A stretch of DNA of 64,000 nucleotides from Trichosphaerium sp. ATCC 40318 (lineage: Eukaryota > Protista > Tubulinea): positions 1-64,000 of the forward strand of contig JALMLS010000573.1 of NCBI GenBank assembly GCA_038496445.1, written 5' to 3'. Positions 11,469 to 24,505 of this stretch are shown here, in pieces. A model generated the notes under the pieces. It did not search any database. It was not told where the DNA came from and saw only the letters and a list, made by a program, of their open reading frames with translations. The first letter of the stretch is position 1; every line of letters starts with the position of its first letter. Position numbers and translations under genes: made by a program.

Positions 11469-14400
11469 ATGGATGTTGAAGGTAATAAGACATATACTAC
11501 ATCGATTTGTACGTTTTGTGACTAAACAATTTTAAAAAGCGCCTTGGTACTTCTATAACGCACGGAGAGAGTGTTTTCAAGGCGTTCCGAGTTCATTTCG
11601 CACCTTGTTAAAAGATATTTCACCAAACGGTACGTTTACAGTTAAATGTCATTCTGCTAACAAAAAAACGATTAGGAGAAGACGTAGACATAAATAACGA
11701 TGTTCTTAGATTTTACAAAGTTCGTGTCAAACAAAAAAAAACAGAAAAAAACGTACTAACTTTTTTTTCAGACAAACGATTCAAGTTTTTGGTGTTACCA
11801 GCTTCATGGTGAGGTACATAACACATATATTCCATTAATACAGTTATTAAAAAATTTTAGTGGGTACCTTATAACCCACGTGATAATCACGTTATCGAAA
11901 GAGCGTATCGCAAAAAAGAGAGCGTTTTGTACTTGGATAGTGGTGTGACATTGTTTCTAACCCAGAATTTACAACGTGTTAATGAAACATGGAGCTTCAC
12001 TCCAATAAAACGTATGAATGTATTAGCATCAGGTGTAGCTCCAAAAAAACCTGTGCCGATCCCTGCTGTATTGCCAGCACCAAAAGGCCTTGGCATGGAA
12101 TTTTTTGGCGTTGAATTATCGAAAGATGATAATGCAGGTACATAGCTTAGTTCGCTTGTTAATTTGCTTATGGCCTTCTAAATAATACTCATAGGAGAAT
12201 ATTCTACTGAAGCTGTGTATAAGTTACAACAGTTGCAGAAGCAAGAGGCAGAACTACAAAAGAAGCTAGAAAATACAATGTTAAAGCTAGCCATAAAAGA
12301 TGAAGAGCCAAGTGCTTTTGAAGGTACAACACCTCGACTGGTCCACTTGATATTTAAATTAAGCGTTAGATATATTCGTTACAAAACCTATAAAATCTAC
12401 ACCACCTCCAGTTTCTGACTTTGCACCAAGTACGCATAAAGCTACTAAACACATATGATCATTAACTTTTTTCAAGCACAAGTTGCACCGGCTCAGCCAA
12501 CTGGTTTTGAAGAACTAGACGACGAAGAAGAAGTCAGCTTAGTAAGGAAACCTAGAAGGTACTTTGACATAAAGTTATTCACAAGCGGCTAATTATACTA
12601 GACGTACTAGGACACCACCAAAAAGTAAAATCTCACTTCAAACAGATTCCAGGAAAAAAAGGGTACCACATTGTAACACGTGATTTATAATTAACAAATT
12701 AAAAACATAGCGTTCTAAAAGTCCAATGGTTGACAAAGAAGAGCAAAAAGCTGCAGCGTACGTGCAAATAACTTGAGAACAAAAGTTTTCTTGCGAACTA
12801 CTTCTGTTTGGTTACCAATTTCTTATCTTCTGTTCAGCGAAATCGCAAAGATAAAGCAAGAAACTGAGCTAGCGAAGAGGAAGCTATCACAAGAAAGAGA
12901 AAGAGTAGCACGTGAGCTCAGAGAAGAGGAAGAACGTCTTGAAAAATTAAGACAGAAGAGGAAGCAAGAAGAACAAGAAAGGCAGAAAAGGATAGAAGAA
13001 GAAAAGAACCGTGCTAATAGTTTGAGACGCTCACGTGATAAAAAGATTACTAAACCTGATCCTGTAACATCATACGCACCTTCAGAAACTCACTACGCAC
13101 TTGAGGAAGAAGATGAAGAAGATATCTTTGCAAAGAATCAAGAAAAAGAGAAAGAAGAGCAAGAAAGACGTTATTTTGAAGAGCAAGCCAGGAAAAGACA
13201 GGAAGAACAAGATCGCCAAATCAGAGAAGAAAAAGAGCGAGAGAGACAACAACTAGAAGATGAGCTTAGAGAATTAGAAGAGCAAGAACGAGCTGCTAAA
13301 GCACGCGCAGCACAAGCTCTTCGAGACAAGGAGAGAGAAACTCTTGAACGTGCACGTAGAGCACGTGAAGCACGTGAAAGAGAAGAAAAATTACGTGAAG
13401 AAGCTGAGAGAAAGAGAATAGAGGAAGAAAGAAAGGCAGAAGAAGAGAAACAAAGGCAAAGAGATGAAGAAAAAGAAAGAACAAAAGTTTCAACTGAGCA
13501 AAAGAAGAAGCAGTTTCTTCAAGAACAGCGTGCTGCTGAAGAAGATGATAGGTTGACACAACAGCAGAGGTTAAGATTAGAGCGTCAGAGGCAAGAGAAG
13601 GAAGAAATGGAACGAGAAAGGGCTAGATTGCAAGCAGTACGTGATAAAAAACGAAAAGAACGTGAAGAACAACGCAAAGCAAGACAACTCGAAAAACAAG
13701 TTACAGAGCCACCAAAGAAAGTTGAAGAACCTACTACAATCGACGTTGAACCTTTACCAGAACAAGAGATAGAGCCAGAGGATGAACCTGTTGTCGAGAA
13801 GCCTAAAAAATACACATATGTTCCTGTTCCAAAATCTTTCATTCCTGGAGCCAAACCAAAGCCTAAATCGATCCCAAAGAAGACTCAAACTAAGGTGGTT
13901 GTTCCTAAAGAAGAACCAGAAGAAGATGAACCTATTGAAGAAGAGGTTGTTGAAACGAAAAAACCAGCACCTCAAAAAAGAAGTGGAAGAAAAATTCAAA
14001 GTCCTTTCTTGCAGAATGAGTCTGATACTGCTAAACCTATATTCCCTTCTGGTATGGGTGGTGGTGGACCTGCTATTAAAATAAGGACTAGCTCTAATCC
14101 AACAAAGAGGGCGCAACCTGTACGCCACATGACAAATAATCTGGCTTTTTCTTTCAACCTTTTTTTTTTGTTCAAATACCACATCCTACCTTTACCCTCT
14201 GATGTTATCAAAAGGTGTCATCAAGTGGACGATCTAGTTCTCCTAGTAAACGTACTTCTATCCTTGAACAAGATGATGAAGACGATATATTCTCTAGAGA
14301 TGATACAAAGGTATGTTTTACTTTAAAATTCATGTATTGTTTTTCTTCAACTTGTTAAAACACGCTTCGTGATTGACCTGTTGGGTTTTTTTTTGAAGGT

Positions 14401-15516
14401 CTAACTATATTTTAGCCTAGACGTGGTTCTGGAAGTAGTGAACCAAGGAACCCATCAAGAGTACAGTCCAGTGTATCACAACTATCACAACTATCTCCTG
14501 AAAAAAAGGACGAACCAGAAAAGCCAAAAAAAGAAGCCGTTGGAAGCCGTATTGCTAACTTGAGATCTAATTTAGTAAAAAATAGTAAGCGTGGGTTTGT
14601 GCCTATAATGGGTGTACAAGCTTATCGCCCAAAGGTACACCTATTATCATTTATGGTGACTTTTTTTAGTGATAATGTGTTTTTTACTCTTTCTTCATTT
14701 GTCGTTCTAACAACCTCTTAAGAAACATGATGTAACTGAAGATGAACCTGAAGATACTTCTGAATCAAGGCCTAGACGTAAAAGTAGATCTAAAACGTCC
14801 AGCTCGCAACCAAAGTCTGCAAACCAATTGACACATGTGCGCTAAAACTTGATCCATTACAACCTGTTTTCTTTGTTCCTTTTTAATTTACTTTTTACTT
14901 TTAGCTCACAAGAAACCGTGTAAGAAAGGGCGCAGCAAGGAGACCTCCATCTAGGTTCAAGAAGGTACAATTGCTAATAACTTAGAAATAACAAGTGGCA
15001 TTTTATGACATGTGGCATTTAATCTTACGCTTTTTCACCAGAAACGTGCTGCAGAAACAATTGATAATAGGAAGATTGATATATTTGATAAAATAATTGA
15101 CGGTGATGTACGTTAACCCTTTTTTAATTCAGCACATGAAGTTTTTATTCACAACAGTTATCCCTTTGATATTTGTGTAAAAAAAAACCAAGTTTTTCGT
15201 CTACAATAGTTTTTAGCTTGATATACTAACTGGTTTAATTATAGACATCACCAGGTGCTTCACCTACAAAAGGACCTGTTGGGTACCAAGTTTGGTATAA
15301 AAATCGTGTTGTCTTTACAGGAAAAGATAGATCAAAGGTATAGTTTTTAATAATAACCCATTTAAAAAAAAACCCAAATACAGCTCTTGTTTACTGTAAC
15401 TTTAGGTCAAAAAATGGATATTAGATAATGTAGATCCTAAAAATCATCCAAAGAGGGCATCTTTTATCAAAGTTAAAAAGATATCTAATCCAGAAAAAGT
15501 GTACAAAGGAAATTAG
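11469..15516 (+). CDS. Large charged coiled-coil protein with a capping-protein-interaction (CPI/CAP-ZIP-like) motif near the C-terminus
   Basis: Long E/R/K-rich exon ~12840-14120 plus many short exons; spliced QLTH|LTRNRVRKGAARRPPSRFKK at ~14825-14964. Confidence 0.7.
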
Positions 15517-16064
15517 TGTAGAACAAAAAAAAATAATAAAAAGGTGATGGCCTTCATCACTACTTAATGTACCTAGGAGTTCACACAATGGTACTGCTTA
15601 CATTCCACATAGTACATAATTCCACGAACCAACTGTTACGCTCGTTCCCTGTGTCTAGGTGGCAGCACGTCCAAGGAACTGTCAAAAAGAAAGAATTCAC
15701 TTTTTCTTGTGTTGCCAGATTTGTAGCACATCTCTAGTGTACGTCGTTTTACGACCTTTTCTTTCCTGTAACGTTTGAATGTGAGAGTAAGTGTTTTACA
15801 AGGGATACAAGAACGAAAACTACGCGAGTTTCTATACAGTTCCACAAATGGAAAGAAACTGCCGAATTTAGGCAAAAGCCTTTTTTTTTTTTATGCTGGA
15901 CCAATTGCAGAACAGTTTACACTGATTGGGAGGTTCTACAGAGGTGAAAACGTTCACAGTGTACATTATATCGCGAGTACAACTAAATTACGGAGTTGAG
16001 AAAAGCGCAAGAACTACAGCGACTTTTTTGTTCTTCAAAACGCTTAGTTCGCAACCACAACAAA

Positions 16065-16841
16065 ATGAGACGCTCACAAATCGCATGTTTGTTACTCCTA
16101 GCTATCATTACAGTTGTAGTAAAAGGAGCAAGACCTATTCCCCCAAAAGGCACCATACAGAAGTGCAATGGCCTTGAAAAGCTTGAATTCAATACGACAT
16201 TACCCACACCGGAAGAGAAGCCAGAGTATTACGTTGTAACACTACAACACAACATGAAAGCTGACGGGATCCTTACATACGAAATATACCTTAATGATAC
16301 AATTGTGGCCAATGCAACTCTTGAACTTAATCCACCGCTTTCATATTCGTGTAGATACGTAGACCTAGATAAGGTAACTGTCGACGTTAGTAGCGAAGTT
16401 AAAAAAGAATGGAAGGATAACGGAGAAAACAATATTTGGATAAAAGTTGTTTCAATTTCAAAAGCAACGCCTCCTGGCCTTTGCCCTGGAGTGTATAGAA
16501 ATTGTATTGCTTACAATGCAACGTTCAGTGACCAAGCACCAACATCACAACCCGTAGCACCAACAATGCCACCTACGATGCAAGTACCTACAACTGTACA
16601 ACCTTCGACACGTGCTCCAACTACAAAACCGCCAACTACAAAACCGCCAACCACAAAACCGCCGACGACATTAGCTCCTACTGCGCCTGCGACAATGGCT
16701 CCTCCTTCGATTCAGTACAAAACACCTTCATGGGTTGTACCTATTATTTGTATTCTAGGTATTTTACTTGTTGTTGTTGCTGCTGTGCTCGCTTTTGCAT
16801 TGTATAAACTATATGGAAGATCAAACTACGATACTCTTTAA
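16065..16841 (+). CDS. Intronless type-I membrane protein with Pro/Thr stalk
   Basis: Signal peptide MRRSQIACLLLLAIITVVVKG, TTKPP repeats, TM helix WVVPIICILGILLVVVAAVLAFALY, tail ending NYDTL. Confidence 0.8.
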   Translation: MRRSQIACLLLLAIITVVVKGARPIPPKGTIQKCNGLEKLEFNTTLPTPEEKPEYYVVTLQHNMKADGILTYEIYLNDTIVANATLELNPPLSYSCRYVDLDKVTVDVSSEVKKEWKDNGENNIWIKVVSISKATPPGLCPGVYRNCIAYNATFSDQAPTSQPVAPTMPPTMQVPTTVQPSTRAPTTKPPTTKPPTTKPPTTLAPTAPATMAPPSIQYKTPSWVVPIICILGILLVVVAAVLAFALYKLYGRSNYDTL

Positions 16842-17208
16842 TAAACAACTTTGCTTGCCGACTTTTTCGTTGACATGTTACTAATGCTTTAAACTAAAGC
16901 TTCACCTAAACCATCTTATACCACATAAAAATCAATCATAACTTGTCCGGTTTTGGTCATATTAGGCGACGCTGTTTTAGTAAAATAGTATTCAGCGAAC
17001 GATTAAAGAAAAAGTTCATCGAAATTCTGTTGCAACAACACCAAAATAATTTACATCACAGTGGCAGTAGGAGCATAAAGCAGAACTAAATTATAATAGA
17101 AATCAATAACAGTACATAAGCAGCAAGCCTGGTTTCCAAGTAATTCAATTCTTAGCTGGAAATCGCTACGCAATAAGGCCTAGTGCTTTTGGATTATTTA
17201 TTTACTTA

Positions 17209-18949
17209 TCACGTGGATAGTGAAATAGAGTCACCCAAGTCTTGGCTACTATTTAAGTCTACAGCCCATTCATCTGATTCTCTAGTTATAACAACATTTG
17301 GTTCTGCTTCTTCATCCTGTTAAATATTACATTAGTTTTAAATTCTCATTTCTTCTTTTTTTTTCCTTCACGTACTTCACTATCTCCGAGTATAGGTGGT
17401 TCTCCAAAGATACTCTCAAGAGCAGGCATTTTTGTAACTATGAAATAATGGTATCTAAACAATTTGAAGTTAGTCATTGCTGAGTCTTTCACAAACTTTT
17501 TTTTTTGATGAAAACGAAACGTTTCATTTTGCTCAAGATTGTTGTCAATTTCGTCATCGTCTGTGTTATTTCATTACCTTCTTCTCATATCATAATCAAG
17601 TCCATATATAATAGCATTTACAAAACCAATAATAGAAGCAGAGAAGCCACCTAGAAGGAAAAGAAAAAAGACATCATGTTCTGAAATCCAATTTTCAATT
17701 CTGTTTGCAGTCGGCAAAACCCAGAGCAATATGAAAGCAATAGGGTACGCTCTTAACCTTCTCAATGTTCTCTTTGCTTGTGATTCATGTCCAGGATCGT
17801 CCTTAAAGAAGTATATTAGTACAACAGAGAGTACAAAAAAATCATTTCGTTCTAACCTCCGTCCTTTTTTTAACAGTGTAATAAATAAGACTATACAATA
17901 CTATAACTGCTGTAATACATAAATACAATGGAATATAGAATGCTACAAAACGCCACAGCTAAACCACGATAAGAAAACGCAAAATAACGAATAATAATCG
18001 AGCTCTTCAGAAACCAACAAAATCAGAAAAAAGTGTTCAACTTTCTATTCAAAAAAAACACGTGCAGTTCCATGATTCTTATCAGAGCTTATCCAGCACC
18101 TTTAAAAAATATAGAGTTAGGTAGTCACAAGATATGGTAGTGACGAAAGCTAAAAGGACAAAGGTTGTGAAGTTTTGTTTAAAACTTACCAATAATTCTG
18201 TGCTCCAATGCCATAAGCACTTGTAGTCATCGGAAGGATTGTAAATACAGCAAGAGGTATGGCTACAGCTACTATATACCATTTTTCGTATCGTGACACG
18301 TGATATCTATAGCAAGAGTCAGCAAATTAAAAAAATGGTGAAAAATGTTGTCCAAAAAAAGCTGTTAATTCTTTTTGATGACGAGCTTCAAAGCTATAAA
18401 CAGCGTATTGTGGCTTCCGATAACGTTTCTACGCGGACTGGAGTGGTCCGGTGATTGTTTGAGGTGTTGAGTTAAAAAAAGGTTTCAATGATTGTTAGTA
18501 TCGTACCTTTTGCGCACTACTACAAAGTAAAGGTTTACAGCGATAATAGTCGTCCATAAATACGCTGCAGTCTGAAAAAACTGTAGAAATAGACCTTGAG
18601 CGTAACACGTTGCTATGGTATATCAGTAACGTTTTGACGCGATTGACGTACCTTTATGAGCTTCTTCGTTATTCCAAACGATATAAAGAAATATAACGGA
18701 CGTTATACTCTCGCCCAAGTTGGCACACGTCAGATAGAGTATCAGACGGGAAGACATTTGATGTACGCGCTAATTGCGTTTAAAATCGAAAACCTAATGG
18801 AATCGTACTTTAAAATATATAAGCGATATAAGGATTGCCAGGGAGCCTATCAGAGAAAGTAGCTGAGCTGTAAATCGAGCGCCAACCACAATCGCCTCTT
18901 CATTCGCAGAAAGGAGAACTGCACTATTTACAGTATCATTGGATGCCAT
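17209..18949 (-). CDS. cAMP-receptor-like (Dicty CAR/Crl, GCR1-type) 7-TM GPCR
   Basis: Spliced: LSLIGSLAILIS, RLILYLTCANL, CYAQGLFLQFFQTAAYLWTTIIAVNLY, CWIS, FYIPL, LRAYPIAFILLW, GFVNAIIYG. Confidence 0.9.
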
Positions 18950-19020
18950 GGCGACACTAAACGCTCGCTTCTAAAACAAATAAGTCAGAAACAAGTCCGC
19001 TTTTTTAAAACGCACTTCTG

Positions 19021-20429
19021 ATGGGTTCAAGCGCCACAAAAACTCCACTTAGTACCAAGCCAGCTGAAATGAGGCAAGCTAAGCAGCAATCCACAATCAG
19101 CAACGATAAAAAACGCGAAGAGCTCTCTAAAGTAACGTTAGAGCAATACGTTAACGCAAAGGATGTAATACAACAACATAACTTTAAAATCACCCCGAAA
19201 CTCTTTCCTGAGTTTCATGAAGGTGATACAGATATATCTGAAGTAGTAACGCACTTTATGAAACATCTTGCATCGTATTTAAGCATAAAAGAACCACGTG
19301 CGCTGAAACCGAAAAAAAAAGCCAAATATTAACTCCTTGATAGCTGGACCTGATTTAATATGTTCGTTTGACCTACTTGGCCAGGTGCAACTGTGAACTG
19401 TTTTAATACTTGCTTACATTCAACTTTAGGCAGTACAGTACATTATGGTGAATAGACCAAACTACATGGGTATCAGAATTACATCTTGTGCAAAAGTAAT
19501 ATTTCAGCAAAATTCTAAAATTAAGTTACAAGCTAATTCCGTTGTAAATAGGTTGATGGTATTACTTTACAGCCTTTGGTATACGCACCGTGTAAAATAA
19601 TACGAGGCAAACAAGTTCAAGGCTATCCTTTGCCAGTACGTGTAGTAATCAGCAACAAAGAAAAACTAACGTAGATCGTTATTTTAGGAAGCTAGTCCTA
19701 AACATATTACAATATTTCATGTACATGCACATCTCAATGAATCGAATGAGATGGCTGCTCTTAAGCTCCATAGAGCGTTAATGATGTACATAGGTATGTC
19801 CTTAAAAATACAATTGATAGTACTAAGAAGTTGTAAAGTAAAACAATGTGGAAACAATATAATTAGAAGTAATCGTGTTTTTTATCGCCAAAATGGTCCT
19901 CATATTAAATGGAACTGGCAAGTATATGTTGACTCTCCAGGGGTATTAGCACATGCGTTAACATTTCTAATGTGTAACTCTATAAAAGGTACAGACATAG
20001 AACCAAGTTGTAATAACTAATATTTTTCTGTAGGCATCCCACACCCATTTCATTGTAGGACAATTGATACTGACAGTCACAACGAATATGATGATCATGC
20101 GTATAGACTAGGATGGGTTGGAGAGCCAGATCCTGATCCTTTGTACATTGAGTTCTTTGTAGGATTGTGAATGTATTTACAGTAGGTCCAGCTGAAATTA
20201 AACTAAAACAACCTCCTTGTCATGTCATCACGCTGCGCTTGCATTTTGTATATTTACCGAGGTGCTTTTGTCTACTTCAGTCAGAAAGACAGGATAACAA
20301 TCTTGTGGTCTTATATTCCAGATGGATCTTAAACGCCTCAAACTAACTGCAACATACCCTGTGGAAGTTATTGTTCCAAAACTTGAGTGGACCTCAAACG
20401 GAGTGTTGACATTATCTGCTAAACACTAA
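19021..20429 (+). CDS. Hypothetical multi-exon protein
   Basis: Successive short exons bounded by GT/AG join in frame; no family recognised. Confidence 0.55.
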
Positions 20430-20489
20430 AATAGCATCTTACTGCTCTAGATGTCGCCAGAAAAAATAGAAATTGTTTCGTTGCACGGT

Positions 20490-20800
20490 TTTTGAACAAA
20501 ACGTAGCTGAAACGGTTTCCAATACGCGAAAATCGTAGCGCCAGGGTTTTTGGCGTTTTGAAATATGCGTTGTCTATATTTGAGTAATTTAAATACAATG
20601 AAGTGTATCGACAATCCAGAAAACGGAAGTTATCGTTTAGTCTCACGTTTTTGAACAAAAACATTGCCGATAAGGTTTCCACGTGTGTAAATAGCTATCA
20701 CAAGCCTTTAGGAGTGTTTTGAAATGTGCATTATCCATTTTCGAGTAATTAAAATAGAATTTTCAGTGAAGTAACCTTCTAGAAGCTTCTATTAATACCA
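20490..20800. repeat. Degenerate tandem duplication, period ~160 bp
   Basis: TTTTGAACAAAA..GGTTTCCA at ~20490 and ~20649; GTTTTGAAAT.TGC..T.T...GAGTAATT.AAATA.AAT at ~20555 and ~20716. Confidence 0.6.
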
Positions 20801-21697
20801 CAATTTATTTTTCAGTTGTTTTTATGGGTATAAAAAGAAACGAAAATATGTTGGTAATTGTAGAGTTGGAGTATGTGCACCACGCGTGGGGCTTCCTAGC
20901 CATTTGGTCGAAAATAATTTAAGGGAGTCCTCCGTCTAGCTTAGTGGGTGTATGCATTGCGAGGTGGAATTGTCAAAGTTCCATCTTAATCCGACGTAGT
21001 GTGAAAGCTTGAATCGTTACATTAGCCAGCATGTCCTCGTAAGTAGCACGTAATTAACTTAGGAACTCGGTCTGGGCCAAGAAAATTATAAGGTCCGATA
21101 TAGAGGTGAGTTCTGCCGTTAGGGAAAAGCTCTATATAAACTTTGACTAGGCTCTGCATAGCATCCTATGATCGTTCTTTTTGTTCAACAACATTTTGTG
21201 GATAGATTTCTATTTGTAAGCAGCTGACCACTACTAGCATCTCGAAGGCTGTTTGCTGTACAACAAGGTCCAATTTACTTTTCATTTCTTAACCGCTTTT
21301 GTGGATACTTTACAAAACGAGAGTACGCCTTGGTTATAAACTTTTGTAATAAGATAGTAATCAGTTGTTGGATGGCTTGTGAGGTAAGTAGCCGCGTGGG
21401 TATCAAAAATCTACCAGTGTAGCTCACAAGGTACTAATGGTAGAAAATGATCGAGATACCTCGTTCTTGCTAGTGGTGGGTCATAGAAAAATAAACACGT
21501 GCAAAAATTGTAGATTCGCCAAATGTCAGCATTAATAGCGACGAGAACATTCGACTGATTTTTCTGCCAAAAGATACAAGAACAAAACAGTATTTTATAC
21601 TGAAAACCAGCAAAGCTTGCGTGGTAAAGATGTCACATGTCAAAGAGAAAACTGCTCAAATTTCGTTTTTGGTTGTGTTTACATTGTTAAGAGACGC

Positions 21698-23017
21698 ATG
21701 AGTAGGTTCAGCGTACGGAAACATCATTAATTATACTATTTACAACATATGTAGGGCCTCAGGGCGGCAAAGAAAGAATTTAGGTTCAAAGTAATCGTTG
21801 TTGGGACATTGGGAACTGGTACGCGTTTATCTAACATAAATTTAATCTTTTGGCGTTTTATGGGCCAACACTAACGTTATGAAAAGGTAAAACATCTATT
21901 ATAAAGCGTTTCATTAATAATTACTTTACATCACATTATAAGACAACGGCACGTGACATGGATGAGATGGGTTAAGAAAAACAAATTTCGTTGCTGTTTT
22001 TTTTTTTTTCGTTCTGGTTTTTTCAGAAATTTTATTCGACGCCTCATTGCGTTCATACGCTTATTTTATTACGAAAAGGCGTAGCCGACATTCATTTTTG
22101 ATTGTTGATATTTTATTTTGTTTTCGTTGTTTGTCACGTGATATAGAGAAGGTATTTGGGCGCATGTTAACGCGTATTTTGTAGGTTGGAGTTGATTTTG
22201 CTCTGAAAGTCATTGATATTGATGATGTTATTGTTCATTTACAGCTATGGGATATTGCAGGTCAAGAAAGGTTTACGTCAATGACAAAAATATATTATAA
22301 AGATGCTGTGGGTGCGTTGGTTGTAACAACAACTCAAATCATTTTGATAAAAAGACAATTTTACTTATTGGCTATTAGGTGCATTAATTGTGTTTGACCT
22401 CACACGTCAGAGTACATGGGACGATGTTATCAAATGGAAACGTGACATAGATGATAAATTACGCAGCGCTAATCCAATACCGATAATTCTATTGGCAAAC
22501 AAAGTAAAAAGAAACTCAACTAATTTTAAATAAGCAAAAAAAAACTTACCTCGTAAAGGTAGACCTCATTGAAGACGAGACGGTTCCTTGGTTGAACCCA
22601 GTTGCCCTGGAAGAGTTTTGTAAGAATAATGGGATAAAACAGTGGCACGTACAAGTCATGTTGTAGAAAACTTACACAACGCTTAAAGCAACAACTCAAC
22701 TTTTTCTTTTTTTTTTGTCGTTCAATTTGTACTTTTCCTAATAACCTTTTTAGGTTTAATTGCTCTGCAAAGGAAGGAACGAATGTAAATGAAGCTTTGA
22801 TGATGCTTGTAGAGAATATTGTAGACAAGCAGAAGAATTCACCTATGTTACAAAGAAAAGATACTGATTCAGAAATTGTATCACTAAAGTAAGCTCAAAT
22901 ACGCTATGGACGTTCATATTATGAAGTGCGCTAACATTTATTTCAAGACCAAGGCTATCAAAGAGCCTATCAAGAAGCGAAAGTAGGGAAAAAATCCAAG
23001 AAGGTTGCTGCAGCTAA
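21698..23017 (+). CDS. Rab GTPase, Rab32/38 subfamily
   Basis: [18 protein letters not shown], the subfamily-diagnostic WDIAGQE, LANKVD, CSAK, C-terminal GCCS; two introns need GC donors. Confidence 0.92.
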
Positions 23018-23716
23018 AAGCAAAAAAAAAAAGAAAAGATGGAAAAAATTTTGACCGAGAAGCTCCCGCCATGCCCCAGTCTAGTTCGAATGTAATACAA
23101 TTATATTGTAATGTAAATAACATAAGTTGCTTTATAATGTCTTTTTTAAGTTCCTTCGACTTACCATAAGCTCTATGTTATAACACAAGTTCCATACACT
23201 CCAAATGAACCCAAGATTAGTGCTGGCAATGGCTCGTGTATTGATTAGATTGCTTGGGCTTATTTACAAATAGTGGTTTTGTCACGTGTCATGCTAGTAT
23301 TTTCCTTCAATTGTTACGGGCTTATTTGTAATGTTTAGCTCGTCTAAGTGAAAAAGTGTGAAGTATGTCTTCTAAAAATGTGTACTTTTTCTTGCATACT
23401 TCATACCGCAATAACTTACTTTAGAGGGAACACATTGTATTGGCACCATTCAATACATAAGGGATCAAACGCTTCATCTGTTTCGATAGTTAACAATCAA
23501 AGCAATATCATTATTCAACTCTTCGGAAACTGCCAGTAGACGCAAGGTAAGTGCTCGGAGTCACTTTAAGCTTAAGACATAAAACCTTTATGAACTCGTT
23601 AGTTGTTTTAAACTCTTGACCTACCCTTTGTAACTGGTATCCAGGTTCAACTTCAACCACGTGTTGCGCGCCAAATCTAACCGTAAAACCTTCTTCGAAA
23701 TCCACTATTTCAAGTC

Positions 23717-24505
23717 ATGACAGACAACGAAAAGAACGCTCACGAAGATGTAGAACACCCCAAGCGTTTATTGATTAGAAAAGAAGAGACATCAACAAAC
23801 CTGATGGATATTCCTCCCGAACTTCATCACGCAATGAGTGCAATGGACGCAGATTTGTTTCAGAAATGGAATCTTCTTTGCAAGCGAGCTACCTTTGCTC
23901 ACTTCAATAGTGACCTAGATAAACATGGTACATGGCTTCGTTGGTACCTTAATGGTGAGATAAGAGATACAGTGACATGGAATAACGGCGAAAGAACTGG
24001 TTTAATGATAAAATGGAAAAGAGGTAGGCTTTTCATATCTTCCGAATATAAGAATGACATGCGTCATGGTTTGTTTAAACAATTTCATGATAATGAACGT
24101 ATTCACGTGCGTTGTACTTTTAGTAGAGGTAAGAAACATGGAGAGTTTAAGCAGTGGTATGATAATGGTAAGCTTGAGATACATTGCTTTAAGAACGCTG
24201 GTAAAAATGAAGGTGAATATAAACAGTGGTTCAGAAATGGTAAACTTTACGTTCATTGCTTCTTTAAGAACGGTAAGAAGGACGGATCGTTTAATCAATG
24301 GCATTATAATGGTAAGCTGTTTATTAAGTCAAAGAAGAAAAACGGTAAACGTATAGGAGAGTATACACAATGGCATGATAACGGAAACTTGTGCATACAT
24401 TGTTTTTACATAGACGGGAAAAAAAATGGTGCGTTCACACAATGGGATTACAACGGACGTGTTAGCGTAAAGTGTAATATGAGCGAAGGTATAAGATGCC
24501 TATAA
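23717..24505 (+). CDS. Intronless MORN-variant repeat protein with F-box-like N-terminus
   Basis: 24-aa repeats K(N/H)G.(Y/F).QW..NG.L...C...NG; N-terminal LMDIPPELHHAM...LLCKR. Confidence 0.85.
   Translation: MTDNEKNAHEDVEHPKRLLIRKEETSTNLMDIPPELHHAMSAMDADLFQKWNLLCKRATFAHFNSDLDKHGTWLRWYLNGEIRDTVTWNNGERTGLMIKWKRGRLFISSEYKNDMRHGLFKQFHDNERIHVRCTFSRGKKHGEFKQWYDNGKLEIHCFKNAGKNEGEYKQWFRNGKLYVHCFFKNGKKDGSFNQWHYNGKLFIKSKKKNGKRIGEYTQWHDNGNLCIHCFYIDGKKNGAFTQWDYNGRVSVKCNMSEGIRCL

Noticed and set aside
13296-14211. Antisense and alternative-frame ORFs over the coiled-coil exon (likewise over Ras, MORN, Src1 and the mucin repeats)
   Set aside because: Shadows of biased low-complexity coding sequence
20800-21470. 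Possible degraded minus-strand gene (similar fragments at 31000-32300, 49860-50300 and 56750-58500)
   Set aside because: Short, stop-ridden frames with no recognisable homology
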